A stretch of 64,000 bases of DNA, from the NCBI GenBank assembly GCA_043821445.1, contig JBDRCT010000013.1:6270-70269 (forward strand), read 5' to 3'. The notes beneath the pieces are model-generated. The model was not told where the DNA came from, made no database searches, and saw only the letters and a list, made by a program, of their open reading frames with translations. Of the stretch, positions 31,647-41,274 are shown in pieces. Numbering within the stretch: the stretch's first letter is position 1; the number at the start of each line of letters is the position of its first letter. Source of the DNA: Candidatus Omnitrophota bacterium. GTDB taxonomy: Bacteria > Omnitrophota > Omnitrophia > Omnitrophales > Aquincolibacteriaceae. The translations under genes and the position numbers were made by a program.

Positions 31647-32612
31647 ATGACAGCACCTCTCAAAGTCGGTGTGGTCGGCGTAGGACATCTCGGCAAGGAA
31701 CATGCCCGGATCTATCGCGACCTCCCCGAGGCCGAACTGGTCGGGATCTCGGACCAGGACCCTGCCAAAGCGGAAAAAGCCAAAGAACTCGGCACGGCTT
31801 ATTATAAGGACCCCCGTGAATTGATCGGAAAAGTCGAGGCCGTGAGCATCGCCACCCCGACCTCCACCCACTACGCGGTCGCCAAGGAATTCCTTAAGGC
31901 CGGCATTCATACTTTGATCGAAAAACCCATTACGCTCAAACTGGAAGAAGCGGATGAACTTCTGGACCTCGCCCGTCAAAAGCATTGTGCGCTCCAGGTC
32001 GGGCACATCGAACGCCACAATCCCGGATTCAAACGCATCGAAGAGATCGCAAAAAATATCCGCTTCTTCGAGATCCATCGCCTTGGCCCTTTTACCGGCC
32101 GCATCAATGACTGCGGCGTGGTGCTTGACCTGATGATCCATGATCTGGATATCGTGCTGGGGCTTGTAAAATCCGAGGTGGCTAGTTTTGACGCTATCGG
32201 CGTGAACGTGCTCACTCCTTTTGAAGATATCGCCAATGTTCGCATGAAGTTCAAGAACGGCGCCGTAGCGGACATCACGGCTTCGCGCCTCACGTTCGAA
32301 AAGCAACGCAAGATCCGTATCTTCCAGGAGGACGCCTACATTTCCCTCGACTACGGAGCGCAAAGCTGTAAGATCTTTCGCAAAAACGGGCCGGAGATCG
32401 CCCAAGAGACCGTAGATATTGAGAAGGCCGAACCGCTTAAGGAGGAATTGAAATTTTTCCTTGCAAATATCCGGTCCGGGAAAAGTTTCGGCCATCCCGA
32501 TACTGCGGCCCGCGACGCGCTCAAACTGGCGCTCGAGATCGCGCGAAGGGTCCAAGACGAGCAACTCAAACCGGGCTTGTCCCTCCAAAATCCAAGCGTC
32601 AAGATACAATGA
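31647..32612 (+). CDS. Gfo/Idh/MocA-family NAD-dependent oxidoreductase (GnnA-like candidate)
   Basis: MTAPLKVGVVGVGHLGKEHAR Rossmann N-terminus, EKP motif (LIEKPITL), C-terminal alpha/beta domain. AAGGAG lies 6 nt upstream of ATG 31647. The antisense track ORF 31593-32609 is spurious. Confidence 0.75.
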   Translation: MTAPLKVGVVGVGHLGKEHARIYRDLPEAELVGISDQDPAKAEKAKELGTAYYKDPRELIGKVEAVSIATPTSTHYAVAKEFLKAGIHTLIEKPITLKLEEADELLDLARQKHCALQVGHIERHNPGFKRIEEIAKNIRFFEIHRLGPFTGRINDCGVVLDLMIHDLDIVLGLVKSEVASFDAIGVNVLTPFEDIANVRMKFKNGAVADITASRLTFEKQRKIRIFQEDAYISLDYGAQSCKIFRKNGPEIAQETVDIEKAEPLKEELKFFLANIRSGKSFGHPDTAARDALKLALEIARRVQDEQLKPGLSLQNPSVKIQ

Positions 32613-32645
32613 TCAAACAAGAACCCATATGCGCTCACAAATATC

Positions 32646-32712
32646 ATAGTGTCCGAGTGTCAAAGTATCAAAACACTGACACGCTGACACCTTGACACCT
32701 TTGACACTTTAC
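32646..32712. repeat. Repeat family B copy 3
   Basis: agtgtccgagtgtcaaagtatcaaaacactgacacgctgacaccttgacacctttgacacttt, between the oxidoreductase stop and the lpxB start. Confidence 0.75.
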
Positions 32713-32720
32713 AAAAAATT

Positions 32721-33872
32721 ATGTCTAAAAAAATTTTTCTAGTTGCCTGCGAGGCCTCCGGTGATCTTCACGGTGCTCACCTCATTTCCGAGATCCGGAA
32801 ACTCGCACCCGGAATGGAATTCTGCGGCGTAGGCGGCGCCCATATGCAAAAGACGGGCATGCAGATCTTCCATGACATGACGAAGATCTCGGCCCTGGGC
32901 CTAGGCGACGTCCTCAGGAACTATTTCAAATATCTCAAGATCTTCAACGAAACACTTGTGGATATCCGCCGCGAAAGACCGGACGCCGTGGTCTTGATCG
33001 ACTCTCCGGCCTTCAATCTCCGGCTCGCCAAAAAGATCTCCAGGCTCGCGCCCGTCTTCTACTACATCTCCCCGCAATTGTGGGCATGGGGAAAACGGCG
33101 GATCCACATCGTGCGCAAGCATGTTCGCGAAATGCTCGTGATCCTGCCGTTCGAAAAGGACTTCTATGAAAAGGAAGGGGTGGCCGTAAAGTTCGTGGGA
33201 CATCCCCTGCTCGACGCGATCCCGGAGCTTCCGCATGCCGTGACGCTCCGCGCCCGGATCGGGATCATTCAAGGCCAAAAGGCCATCGGGCTTTTTTCGG
33301 GCTCACGGGAAAAAGAGGTCAAACGTATCCTCCCGGTCATGCTCCGGGCGGCCGCCTATCTCCGGAAGGACCTCCCCGAAGCCGTCTTTTTTATTTCAAG
33401 ATCACCGAACGTGCGCCCCGAAGTCTACGAAGAGTTGCTCAAGGATCTGTCTTTTAAAGTCGAATGTCCGTCCGTTTCATTTTATGAGCTTGTCAAAGCC
33501 ATGGACTTTGCTTACGTAGCCTCCGGGACCGCCACGCTTGAGACCGCGCTCATCGGAACGCCGTTCTTTCTTCTGTACAAGGCAAGCTGGTCGACCTATC
33601 TCCTCGGAAAATATCTCATCAAAGTTCCCTACCTCGGGCTTGTCAACCTTCTCGCGGATACCCGCGTGATCCCTGAGTTCATCCAGCGGGACGCCCATCC
33701 TGAAACGCTCGCCCATGAAGCCAAAGTGTTCCTCCGGAGCCCGGAATTACAGGAAAAAATGAAAGAGGAGTTCCGTCAGGTCAGGGAGAAGCTCGGAGAA
33801 AAAGGCGCAAGCAGAAGGGCCGCGAAGGAAATCCAGGATTTCCTGGCCGACAAAACACAGGCCGCAGGCTGA
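32721..33872 (+). CDS. lpxB: lipid-A-disaccharide synthase
   Basis: 383 aa. N-terminal IFLVACEASGDLHGAHLI motif, GT-B GT19 family length and pattern. Confidence 0.85.
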   Translation: MSKKIFLVACEASGDLHGAHLISEIRKLAPGMEFCGVGGAHMQKTGMQIFHDMTKISALGLGDVLRNYFKYLKIFNETLVDIRRERPDAVVLIDSPAFNLRLAKKISRLAPVFYYISPQLWAWGKRRIHIVRKHVREMLVILPFEKDFYEKEGVAVKFVGHPLLDAIPELPHAVTLRARIGIIQGQKAIGLFSGSREKEVKRILPVMLRAAAYLRKDLPEAVFFISRSPNVRPEVYEELLKDLSFKVECPSVSFYELVKAMDFAYVASGTATLETALIGTPFFLLYKASWSTYLLGKYLIKVPYLGLVNLLADTRVIPEFIQRDAHPETLAHEAKVFLRSPELQEKMKEEFRQVREKLGEKGASRRAAKEIQDFLADKTQAAG

Positions 33873-33943
33873 AGACTACCGGCTCGAAACACACGCTCCC
33901 CGCGGATCATTGAACGGTATGGGGACTTCGGACTTTGTTCTAC

Positions 33944-33972
33944 CGCCTGTTGTGGCGGGTTTTTTTTGCAGG
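33944..33972 (+). terminator. rho-independent terminator after lpxB
   Basis: ccgcctgttgtggcgg stem followed by gttttttttg. Confidence 0.7.
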
Positions 33973-33991
33973 AAAGTCTACAGTCCCGCGA

Positions 33992-35896
33992 TCAATCGCT
34001 ATTTTCGTGGGATTTGAACTCAAGCGGCGTAACGTCCGTTACGGCGGGAGTATCTATGTCGGACGAAACCTCCGCTACATCTTCCTCCTCTTCGGAAGAA
34101 GCGTCCTCCTCCTCTTCAGAAGAAACGTCTTCCTTTTTCCAAAGACTTGAAATGCGGGACCACAGACTGGGTCTTTCAGAAAGCTGTTCCGGTTCTTCTG
34201 CGACCGCGGAAGATCCGTCCACTTGGGTCAAAGCCGTTTCCATCTCACGGTTCACCTCTGGAACCGGTTGGGGTACCGGAACCGGTTGCACTGTGACCGG
34301 AATCATCACAACCGGCGGAACCTTTTCTTCCCTCTTGGCAAGCTTGTGCTGAGCGTTCACGTCGTCGAGGATCGCTCTGTCCCGGAACCGCCGCCACTCC
34401 GCAAAATCCGCCCTCTGCTCTCCCTGGATAATGACCTGATTGATCGCATCCCCCTGGAGGTCATGAAAACCCGGCTGGTAAACTTCAACGGCTTCTTCTA
34501 ATTTTTTCACCATTTCGGGCGAAAAGAATTTCTTTTTCTCCTGAAGTTCGAATGAGGAAACAATATGAGGCGTAATGATCACGACCAGTTCGACATCCCC
34601 TCTGGAATATTCCTTGCGCTGGAACAAAAATTTCAGCCCGGGAAGATCTCCGAGGATCGGCAGTTTTCTTTGGACCTCCGAGATCCGTTGAGTGATCATC
34701 CCGCCGACCATCAAGGTCTCGCCGTCTTTTAACTCCGCAACGGTTTCATGTTTTCTTTCGATGATGCTCGGGACCGTATTCCCGCCGAGCGTGACCGTGT
34801 TTGCATAGTCAAGCTCACTGACCTCGGTCTTAACTTTCAGACGGATCACGTTGTTATCGAGGATCTCCGGCGTAAAATTCAACTGCGTTCCGTAACTTTT
34901 GTAATCGATCTCGATGGCCGTCGCTGTCTGCAAAGGCACGGGATATTCGCCTCCGACCAGGAACTTGGCCTCTTCTCCGTCTTTGGCAAGCAGATTAGGC
35001 CGGGCAATAAGTTTGAGAACATTTTTGCTTTGAAGCCATTCGAGAATGGGCGCATAAGTAAAATTCTTCCCGAAGACCGTCGCGACGATATCCGCACTGC
35101 TCGTGCTGTCAAGATCAGAGAATGCGGGTCCGACCATAGACCCGAAAGGCTGTTTAGCGAATGGACTTGGCCTTACCAGGTTCGTAGCGTCCGTATTGAG
35201 CGCATTGCCACCATAAAGGGACCGGAAGGAGGCAACATGGTTTCGAGTCGTAAGAAACGCCTCAAGATCAAGACCATAATCTTCGGCACCGTTCCGCGTG
35301 ATCTCGGCAAACCGCACCTCCAAGAGGATCTGCTTGGGGTCTTTAACGGTTACGAAGCTGACGGCTTTGGCGTCATAAGACGTGACCGCTTGGGCGATCT
35401 GCTTGAGTTTCGCCGCCGTACTTGTCATACCGTAAACAGCCAAAGTCTCATTAAAAGGAACGACTCGAAAAAAATTGTCCGGGTCAATGCTCTTCAGGAT
35501 ATCTTTTAATTTGTCCGTATCCAAGACAGAATAGACGTCATAGGTGGCGATCTTGTCCTTGTCGTCCCAAACGATCAGATTGGAGAGCCCGGGTTTCTTC
35601 GCATAGATCAGGATCTCCTTAGGACTGAGCGGCGTAAAATCACAAAGCTCGGAATTCGACACGGCTGTCCTTGCAATATTCCGGTCAAAACGCAGAACCT
35701 GAGAAGTATCCTTGGAAAGGTAAAGAGTATCGGAACGCGCAACATCATTGGAGGGCCATTGCAAATAACGGACCCGGACATCCATGTTACTGTTGGCTTC
35801 TGCAAAAAGAGGGGATGCCGGAACACACGTAAAGAACATCGCGAAGATCACAAGCCCACGCACCCACGGGTAAAAACATGAGACCTTATGTGCCAT
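33992..35896 (-). CDS. cpaC: Tad/Flp pilus secretin CpaC/RcpA
   Basis: Signal peptide (VRGLVIFAMFFTCVPASPLFA), pilus-formation N-domains, secretin C-domain (LPGLKFLFQRKE...VELVVIITPHIV). Unusual C-terminal acidic Ser/Glu-rich tail (SSEEEEDASSEEEEDVAEVSSD). The likely start is the internal ATG at about 35896, not the track start at 36028. Confidence 0.8.
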   Translation of the reverse strand: MAHKVSCFYPWVRGLVIFAMFFTCVPASPLFAEANSNMDVRVRYLQWPSNDVARSDTLYLSKDTSQVLRFDRNIARTAVSNSELCDFTPLSPKEILIYAKKPGLSNLIVWDDKDKIATYDVYSVLDTDKLKDILKSIDPDNFFRVVPFNETLAVYGMTSTAAKLKQIAQAVTSYDAKAVSFVTVKDPKQILLEVRFAEITRNGAEDYGLDLEAFLTTRNHVASFRSLYGGNALNTDATNLVRPSPFAKQPFGSMVGPAFSDLDSTSSADIVATVFGKNFTYAPILEWLQSKNVLKLIARPNLLAKDGEEAKFLVGGEYPVPLQTATAIEIDYKSYGTQLNFTPEILDNNVIRLKVKTEVSELDYANTVTLGGNTVPSIIERKHETVAELKDGETLMVGGMITQRISEVQRKLPILGDLPGLKFLFQRKEYSRGDVELVVIITPHIVSSFELQEKKKFFSPEMVKKLEEAVEVYQPGFHDLQGDAINQVIIQGEQRADFAEWRRFRDRAILDDVNAQHKLAKREEKVPPVVMIPVTVQPVPVPQPVPEVNREMETALTQVDGSSAVAEEPEQLSERPSLWSRISSLWKKEDVSSEEEEDASSEEEEDVAEVSSDIDTPAVTDVTPLEFKSHENSD

Positions 35897-36752
35897 AAGA
35901 TTCCGCGCCTTCCCTTCCTTTAAATGTTTTTCCTGTTTCAGACTCGGATGAAAACCTCTTGGGAGAGACACTGCTAAGAGCCTTCTCCAGCAACGTAGGA
36001 ACCCCTTTCCCGGCACGGGACGCCTCATCCTCGTTCAGGAAAATAACACTGGGTTTATGTTCGACCCCCTTGATGATCTTCATGGTGCCTTGATTCTGTT
36101 CGGCCGACGGCTTTTGACCTTGTCCGGACAAAAGACTCATCCGGATCTTCCCCTTGGCCATGGCACTGAATACTGTCTCAGCCTCTTCGGGTAAAAAAGC
36201 GAGAGTGATTTTTTGAATCATTTCGTCGCGATTTTTTTGGACAGCAATGATCGGGACCGAGTAAGCAAGGGTGGTGAGAACCGTTTTTCCCTGCATATCC
36301 GTGATGTCTCCCATGATATCGGCATATTGCCCGGACGCCACCCGGTTTGTCACACCGACGATCTCGTTTAAGTCAAGGGTCACGGCCTGCATGCCAGGTG
36401 GGATCGGAAGCGATTCTTCAGAAACCTTTGGGGCCTCTGCCACCGGAACCTCGACCTGAGAGCGAAGAATAGGAGCACCTTTTTCGACCGCCTCTTTCAA
36501 CTTTTTTCCGATCACGTCCTCTTTTTGAAGAAAAAGATCATCTGCATTCGTGGACGCCTTTAAAGGAGCGGAAAAGGCAAGATCCTCCGCGGCTAAAACA
36601 GCATCCTTCTCCAAAGATCCGGCGGCCACCACACACCGCGCTCCTTCTGAAACGACGACCCTAGGAGGAGCCGGCTTTTTAACATAGATCACAAATGCTA
36701 AAAGGCCGCAGATGACAGCTACGATCAATGCGGTAAACTCTTTTCGCCCCAT
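35886..36752 (-). CDS. cpaB: Flp pilus assembly protein CpaB (SAF domain)
   Basis: N-terminal TM (EFTALIVAVICGLLAFVIYV), SAF/RcpC-like region. Located immediately upstream of the secretin gene. Confidence 0.7.
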   Translation of the reverse strand: MGRKEFTALIVAVICGLLAFVIYVKKPAPPRVVVSEGARCVVAAGSLEKDAVLAAEDLAFSAPLKASTNADDLFLQKEDVIGKKLKEAVEKGAPILRSQVEVPVAEAPKVSEESLPIPPGMQAVTLDLNEIVGVTNRVASGQYADIMGDITDMQGKTVLTTLAYSVPIIAVQKNRDEMIQKITLAFLPEEAETVFSAMAKGKIRMSLLSGQGQKPSAEQNQGTMKIIKGVEHKPSVIFLNEDEASRAGKGVPTLLEKALSSVSPKRFSSESETGKTFKGREGAESYGT

Positions 36753-36830
36753 GGGACCCTTTTTATATAGAGATTGAGAAGTACCCCAGATAGTGTTTTC
36801 GGTCACTCAAATGAATTCTTGAGGGGTTTT

Positions 36831-37907
36831 TCAAAAAGTAATGTCCGGGGCCCGGCGATTGACGGCGAGACGGTTTTTCCCCTGTTTCTTGGCAAGTCTC
36901 AAAACATCGTCCGCTAATTTGAACCATTGCGTGTAAGGAGCGCGGACATTGATAACGACAAGACCGATACTGATCGTAAAATGCAGGAGTTGCCCCGTTT
37001 CAAGCGTCAGCGAGATCATGGAAACGGCCGTTCGCAGTTCGTTTGCGAATTTTTCAGCCTCCGCCCCCCCCTTATCCTGCAAGAGGATCACAAACTCATC
37101 CCCTCCGTAACGGATCGCAAAGTCTTCCGGTTTCAGAAAGTTTCGTATCTCCCGGGACAAAAGCCTTAGGACCTCATCTCCGACGAGATGCCCATGCCCA
37201 TCATTGATCGATTTAAAATCATCCACATCAAGGATCATGAGAGAAAGAACATGGGAAGGAACAAAGGTGTCGATCAAAGACTGACATTGGATCTCAAGAA
37301 ATTGCCGCGTCAGAAATCCCGTGAGGAGATCTTTGGGAAGCACCGTGGCATCTTTTTCTTTTTCAGCTAAGCCTTTCCTGATCTCTAGCGTAAAACCGCA
37401 ATGCGAGAAAACCTGTGAAAAGGTTCTCTTAGAAGAGGGTCCCGTCCGTGCCCTCAAAAACAATTTTCCATCAAGAAAACCCTGCACTCCCGAGGAGGCG
37501 AGCTTCGAGATCTCCCACAATGCCCCAAAAAGCCTTTCTTCAACAACGTCGGATAATTTGACCTCGAAATGGCTTGTTTGGGGCGGGACAACGATCTCCC
37601 GGGTTGAAACCCCATTGTGCACTAAATTGGAGAACCACGTCGTCCAGAAGATCTTTGAGATAATGACCTCGCAGGGCATAGGGTTACTCAAGAAAAGGGA
37701 GACCTTGATCGAGTAAAGCTCCATGTGAGAACTTTTTTCGATGACGATCTTCTGTCCAGCTAATGCCGGTTCGACGATCAGATCGGACGTGCCGGACCGG
37801 ACCACTCCTCCCGCAATACCGGCCCGGACCTTTTTTCGTTTCAAAAATTTAGGAAATAAAATGAACAACACGGCGACCAGAACACCGCCCGCAAGAAAAG
37901 TTTCCAC
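36831..37907 (-). CDS. membrane-anchored GGDEF-domain diguanylate cyclase
   Basis: N-terminal TM, C-terminal GGDEF domain with an intact active site (RYGGDEFVILL) and DxLT-like I-site context. Embedded in the Tad locus. Confidence 0.75.
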   Translation of the reverse strand: METFLAGGVLVAVLFILFPKFLKRKKVRAGIAGGVVRSGTSDLIVEPALAGQKIVIEKSSHMELYSIKVSLFLSNPMPCEVIISKIFWTTWFSNLVHNGVSTREIVVPPQTSHFEVKLSDVVEERLFGALWEISKLASSGVQGFLDGKLFLRARTGPSSKRTFSQVFSHCGFTLEIRKGLAEKEKDATVLPKDLLTGFLTRQFLEIQCQSLIDTFVPSHVLSLMILDVDDFKSINDGHGHLVGDEVLRLLSREIRNFLKPEDFAIRYGGDEFVILLQDKGGAEAEKFANELRTAVSMISLTLETGQLLHFTISIGLVVINVRAPYTQWFKLADDVLRLAKKQGKNRLAVNRRAPDITF

Positions 37908-37964
37908 AAACCCCTCTTTTCTGAAGCAAATCGTTCTCCAACAATATTGTTTAAACTTTTTTAA

Positions 37965-38588
37965 TCAGCTGGCACTCGCGGCATAAATCGTATTATTCAA
38001 AAGAGGGAAAGAAAAAGTAAAATCCCAAAAGTTGATCGACCTCGGAATGCTTCTAGATGCCTGATGTCTATAAAAGATTTCGCAGGTAAAAAGCCCTCCG
38101 ATTTCCCTTATAAGGTTGTAATTCCCGCCGCCCGCGGATGCCACATCAAAATCCGAAGCGTTATTATATTTAGAAACCCCTGACAGGGCACCGCGTTGCA
38201 CGGGATTCGTTGTCCCGGCGACCGGCGGAGTTTTTATGACTTCCGTGGGCACTGCGGGGTTCATTTGCCAAGAAGTCATGATGATCCTGAAGTCCCCATT
38301 GGCAACCGGCGTGGAGGAAGTTGCCAGCACACGGGTAAGGATCTCCATGGTATTATTCGCAACCCGGTCCAAACAAACAAGACGCTCTCTTGCGTCCGTG
38401 GCCCCCCTGCAGTCATGAAAAGCGGTCTGGGCCGCTTCACGGCTTAGCGTCTCGATCTTTTGACCTGCCAGAAAAAAAAGGGAATATTCCGTAAAGATCA
38501 TGAGCAGCAATATCAAGACAGGCCCCAGGATAGCCACTTCGATCATCGCTTGCCCCCGGCTGCCTTTTCGTGTTTTTTTCCCGGTCAT
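37965..38588 (-). CDS. TadE/TadG-like pseudopilin
   Basis: N-terminal TadE motif GQAMIEVAILGPVLILLLMI. Confidence 0.65.
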   Translation of the reverse strand: MTGKKTRKGSRGQAMIEVAILGPVLILLLMIFTEYSLFFLAGQKIETLSREAAQTAFHDCRGATDARERLVCLDRVANNTMEILTRVLATSSTPVANGDFRIIMTSWQMNPAVPTEVIKTPPVAGTTNPVQRGALSGVSKYNNASDFDVASAGGGNYNLIREIGGLFTCEIFYRHQASRSIPRSINFWDFTFSFPLLNNTIYAASAS

Positions 38589-39016
38589 GGAGGTGTCTCC
38601 GCATATCCATGGACTCTTATGGTAACCTGAGGCGCCATCGAAAACCCCTGAAAGACCACTCTCAGGAAAGGCCCGAAATCAACCGTCCGTTGAAGCGTAA
38701 TGACCGCCAAAGGGCGGGGCCCTTGATGCCAGGCGAGATCATTGCCTCCGAACCTGACCGTCGCGACCAATCCGGTATTAACTCCTAAGGATGTGGCATT
38801 CGCTGTAATATTCGCTCGGGTCGTCGCTGCACTCTTTTGCATCTGGACATCCTGCAGACCGCGACCGAGAACAAATTGCAGGCTCACCCAATTGTAACCA
38901 AGGTTGATCCCATCCCAAAGGAACATGAAAAAAGCGAGAGCGATCAAAAGCGCAAAGGCCGTCTCAACGCTGCTCTGTCCTTTGCTGTTCTTATGCCTCG
39001 CCGCGATCTTCATCAT
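38585..39016 (-). CDS. TadE-like pseudopilin
   Basis: GQSSVETAFALLIALAFFMFL TadE N-terminal motif. The likely start is the internal ATG (MMKIAAR) at about 39016. Confidence 0.6.
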   Translation of the reverse strand: MMKIAARHKNSKGQSSVETAFALLIALAFFMFLWDGINLGYNWVSLQFVLGRGLQDVQMQKSAATTRANITANATSLGVNTGLVATVRFGGNDLAWHQGPRPLAVITLQRTVDFGPFLRVVFQGFSMAPQVTIRVHGYAETPP

Positions 39017-39375
39017 AGGATCCCGTCCTGAAAAATGAGTCGCTCCCCCACCGCACATGCTCCGGGCATGGGCGAGCGGAACTCTAAAATGGAATAAGCC
39101 TTCGTAAAAAAAGGCGACAACCTCCAAGGCTTTAACGCATCCAACCGGGCAATGACTTTATGGTCTCTATCCAACGCAAGAATGTCGATGGGAAATCTCA
39201 TGCCCCACGTATGGACACTACGACAGGGAACCAGCCAGCAGGCTTCTCCCTCCGGGAAATCCGGGCGAAACAAAAGCCCCCTGCAACGGCTCAGAAGATC
39301 ATCACAAACCCAAACCCGCCGAGCCAGGACATTACCGTTTTGTGTTTTTAACTGGTGTAATGGTTCTAATTTCAT
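39013..39375 (-). CDS. DUF192 family protein (Tad-associated)
   Basis: CWLVPCRSVHTWGMRFPIDILALD matches the DUF192 core (H..GM.F.ID). Confidence 0.6.
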   Translation of the reverse strand: MKLEPLHQLKTQNGNVLARRVWVCDDLLSRCRGLLFRPDFPEGEACWLVPCRSVHTWGMRFPIDILALDRDHKVIARLDALKPWRLSPFFTKAYSILEFRSPMPGACAVGERLIFQDGIL

Positions 39376-40297
39376 AAGTTTTTTTATCCATGGACGGCTG
39401 CTCTTTTTCCACCGTAAATTTCAAGGCGTTCATCAGTCTATAAAAAGCCGGCCCGCAACTAATCGGCATCATGGCTCCTGTCAGGATCAGCACGATCGGA
39501 AAAACAAGTTTGACAGGGATTTTGAACGCCTTTTCCCTGATCCTTTGACGGTACTTATCCCGGAATTCAGCCGCCTGGACCCGTAAGGTCTGGCCCAGCC
39601 CCAACCCCAGCTTTTCCGATTGAGTGATCGTGCTAAGGATCGAAGTGACCTCCGGCATATCACACCGTTGCGCCATCCGGGTACAAGCACTCGACAGCGG
39701 AAGTCCCCCAAGATACTCATGATAAAGCAGGTCCAGTTCCTTGCTAAGCGGCGAATTTTTATCACTTTCTTTAAGGGTCCACGCCAAAGAAGCCATAAAA
39801 TTCAGCCCCGATTCAATGCAGATGATCAAAAGATCCAGCTGGTCCGGAAGGGCCCTCAAAATAGCCTGTTTCCGTTTTTGCCGCATTTTAGAAATAGACC
39901 ATCGTAACAGAAAATAAAAAAACGCTCCTGCGAAAAGCGACAGCATCAGCGTGTCTGCATTGAATTTATTGGTCAGAAGTGCCATGGCGATGATGGCGAG
40001 CGGCAAAAAAATGGCAAAACGGAAAGCGAGTTTAAAAAAACCGTAAATGCTTTTGCGGAAAATCCCTGCCTCGATCAACTGCTTTTTTAAATGGTCTTTT
40101 TCAATGTCCTCGACGTTCTCTTTTCTCCATTGTTTCTCATCCAGCGTATAAGGCAGATGAACTTCTTCGTTCGAGACCGGATCAAAAAGCCGGGTCCGGC
40201 TCTTGCGATTTTCAAGAAACTCCCCCAAGAAAATCATGACCGCCCACGAAAAACATCCTGCGGCCAATGAAATCAAAACGACGTCCCACGTGATCAA
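39332..40297 (-). CDS. tadC: Flp pilus assembly platform protein TadC (T2SS-F family)
   Basis: Polytopic membrane protein with a GspF-like domain (GLNFMASLAWTLKESD...GLGLGQTLRVQAAEFRDKYRQRIREKAFKIPVKLVFP). Confidence 0.75.
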   Translation of the reverse strand: MITWDVVLISLAAGCFSWAVMIFLGEFLENRKSRTRLFDPVSNEEVHLPYTLDEKQWRKENVEDIEKDHLKKQLIEAGIFRKSIYGFFKLAFRFAIFLPLAIIAMALLTNKFNADTLMLSLFAGAFFYFLLRWSISKMRQKRKQAILRALPDQLDLLIICIESGLNFMASLAWTLKESDKNSPLSKELDLLYHEYLGGLPLSSACTRMAQRCDMPEVTSILSTITQSEKLGLGLGQTLRVQAAEFRDKYRQRIREKAFKIPVKLVFPIVLILTGAMMPISCGPAFYRLMNALKFTVEKEQPSMDKKTYEIRTITPVKNTKR

Positions 40298-40310
40298 GGT
40301 CTTCCCTCCT

Positions 40311-41261
40311 TCAATCGCTGACCTTAATGATCTTTTGGATCATCAAATAAGCCAGCGAAACAGAAAGAACCGCCACTCCGGCGGTCCATTTTCCGATCTC
40401 GGCATTTAGAAAACCGACAAAATTCTCGTGATCCATGAAAAACCAGATCCCCGCCACAAAGACAGGCACCAAGACCAGAACAAACGACGTGAACGTGCCT
40501 TGAGCGCTCAAAACGTGGATCTCCCTTTGTATCGTAAGCCGTTCCCGGATCGTATTCTGAAGGTTTACAAGGACCTCACTGAGATTCCCTCCCAGCTGAT
40601 TGTGAATAGCGATCGCCGTGGCCAAGATCTGAACCTCTCGCTTCGGGATCCTTTTGTAAAGATTATGGACCGCTTTTTCCAGAGACGCTCCGAAAGCCAC
40701 CTCCCCGGATACGATCTTGAATTCAAGCGCAACGGGATAGGGCGCGTTTTGCACGACTTCCTTGATCGCTCTCTCCAGGCTAAGGCCCACCTTGATGCCG
40801 CCGCTTAGGGTCATAAGGCCTTCCGGGAGCCGCTCGCAAAATAAATCGATGTATTTTTGATTCTTCTTCCGAAGGTATACGATCGGCAAAACACCCGCCA
40901 CGCCCGAAAGAACGATGGCGATAAGCGAAGGGACCCTGCCCGCAAGGAGCAACAAACAGATTGCCGCCAGGAAAAAACAGCCCAAAAAAAAGACGGCTAC
41001 AGAGATCCCCCATTTGGCCCGTCTGAGATAAAGCAGCAGCGTTTTGGAAACGGACCGCTTGCGAAGGAATTTTTGAATAAAGGCGATGTTACTGAGTCGT
41101 GTATGATGTTTGAACGGAATCCCGGGACGTTGGAGATCTTTGGAAAAACGATCTGCCGCAAGTTGGGCTCCAGCCAATTTTTTCGGAAGGAAGACCCACT
41201 GGACAATGAGCCCTGCGATCAAAAAAATCGAGACCGCCATGAGTAGAGCCCCTAAGATCAT
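40311..41261 (-). CDS. tadB: Flp pilus assembly platform protein TadB (T2SS-F family)
   Basis: GspF-like domain (GGIKVGLSLERAIKEV...QLGGNLSEVLVNLQNTIRERL). Confidence 0.75.
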   Translation of the reverse strand: MILGALLMAVSIFLIAGLIVQWVFLPKKLAGAQLAADRFSKDLQRPGIPFKHHTRLSNIAFIQKFLRKRSVSKTLLLYLRRAKWGISVAVFFLGCFFLAAICLLLLAGRVPSLIAIVLSGVAGVLPIVYLRKKNQKYIDLFCERLPEGLMTLSGGIKVGLSLERAIKEVVQNAPYPVALEFKIVSGEVAFGASLEKAVHNLYKRIPKREVQILATAIAIHNQLGGNLSEVLVNLQNTIRERLTIQREIHVLSAQGTFTSFVLVLVPVFVAGIWFFMDHENFVGFLNAEIGKWTAGVAVLSVSLAYLMIQKIIKVSD

Positions 41262-41274
41262 TGTTGCTTCCTTT

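Noticed and set aside
31593-32609. 338-aa minus-strand ORF
   Set aside because: Antisense to the Gfo/Idh/MocA oxidoreductase. The plus-strand frame has the Rossmann GxGxxG and family motifs plus a proper RBS.
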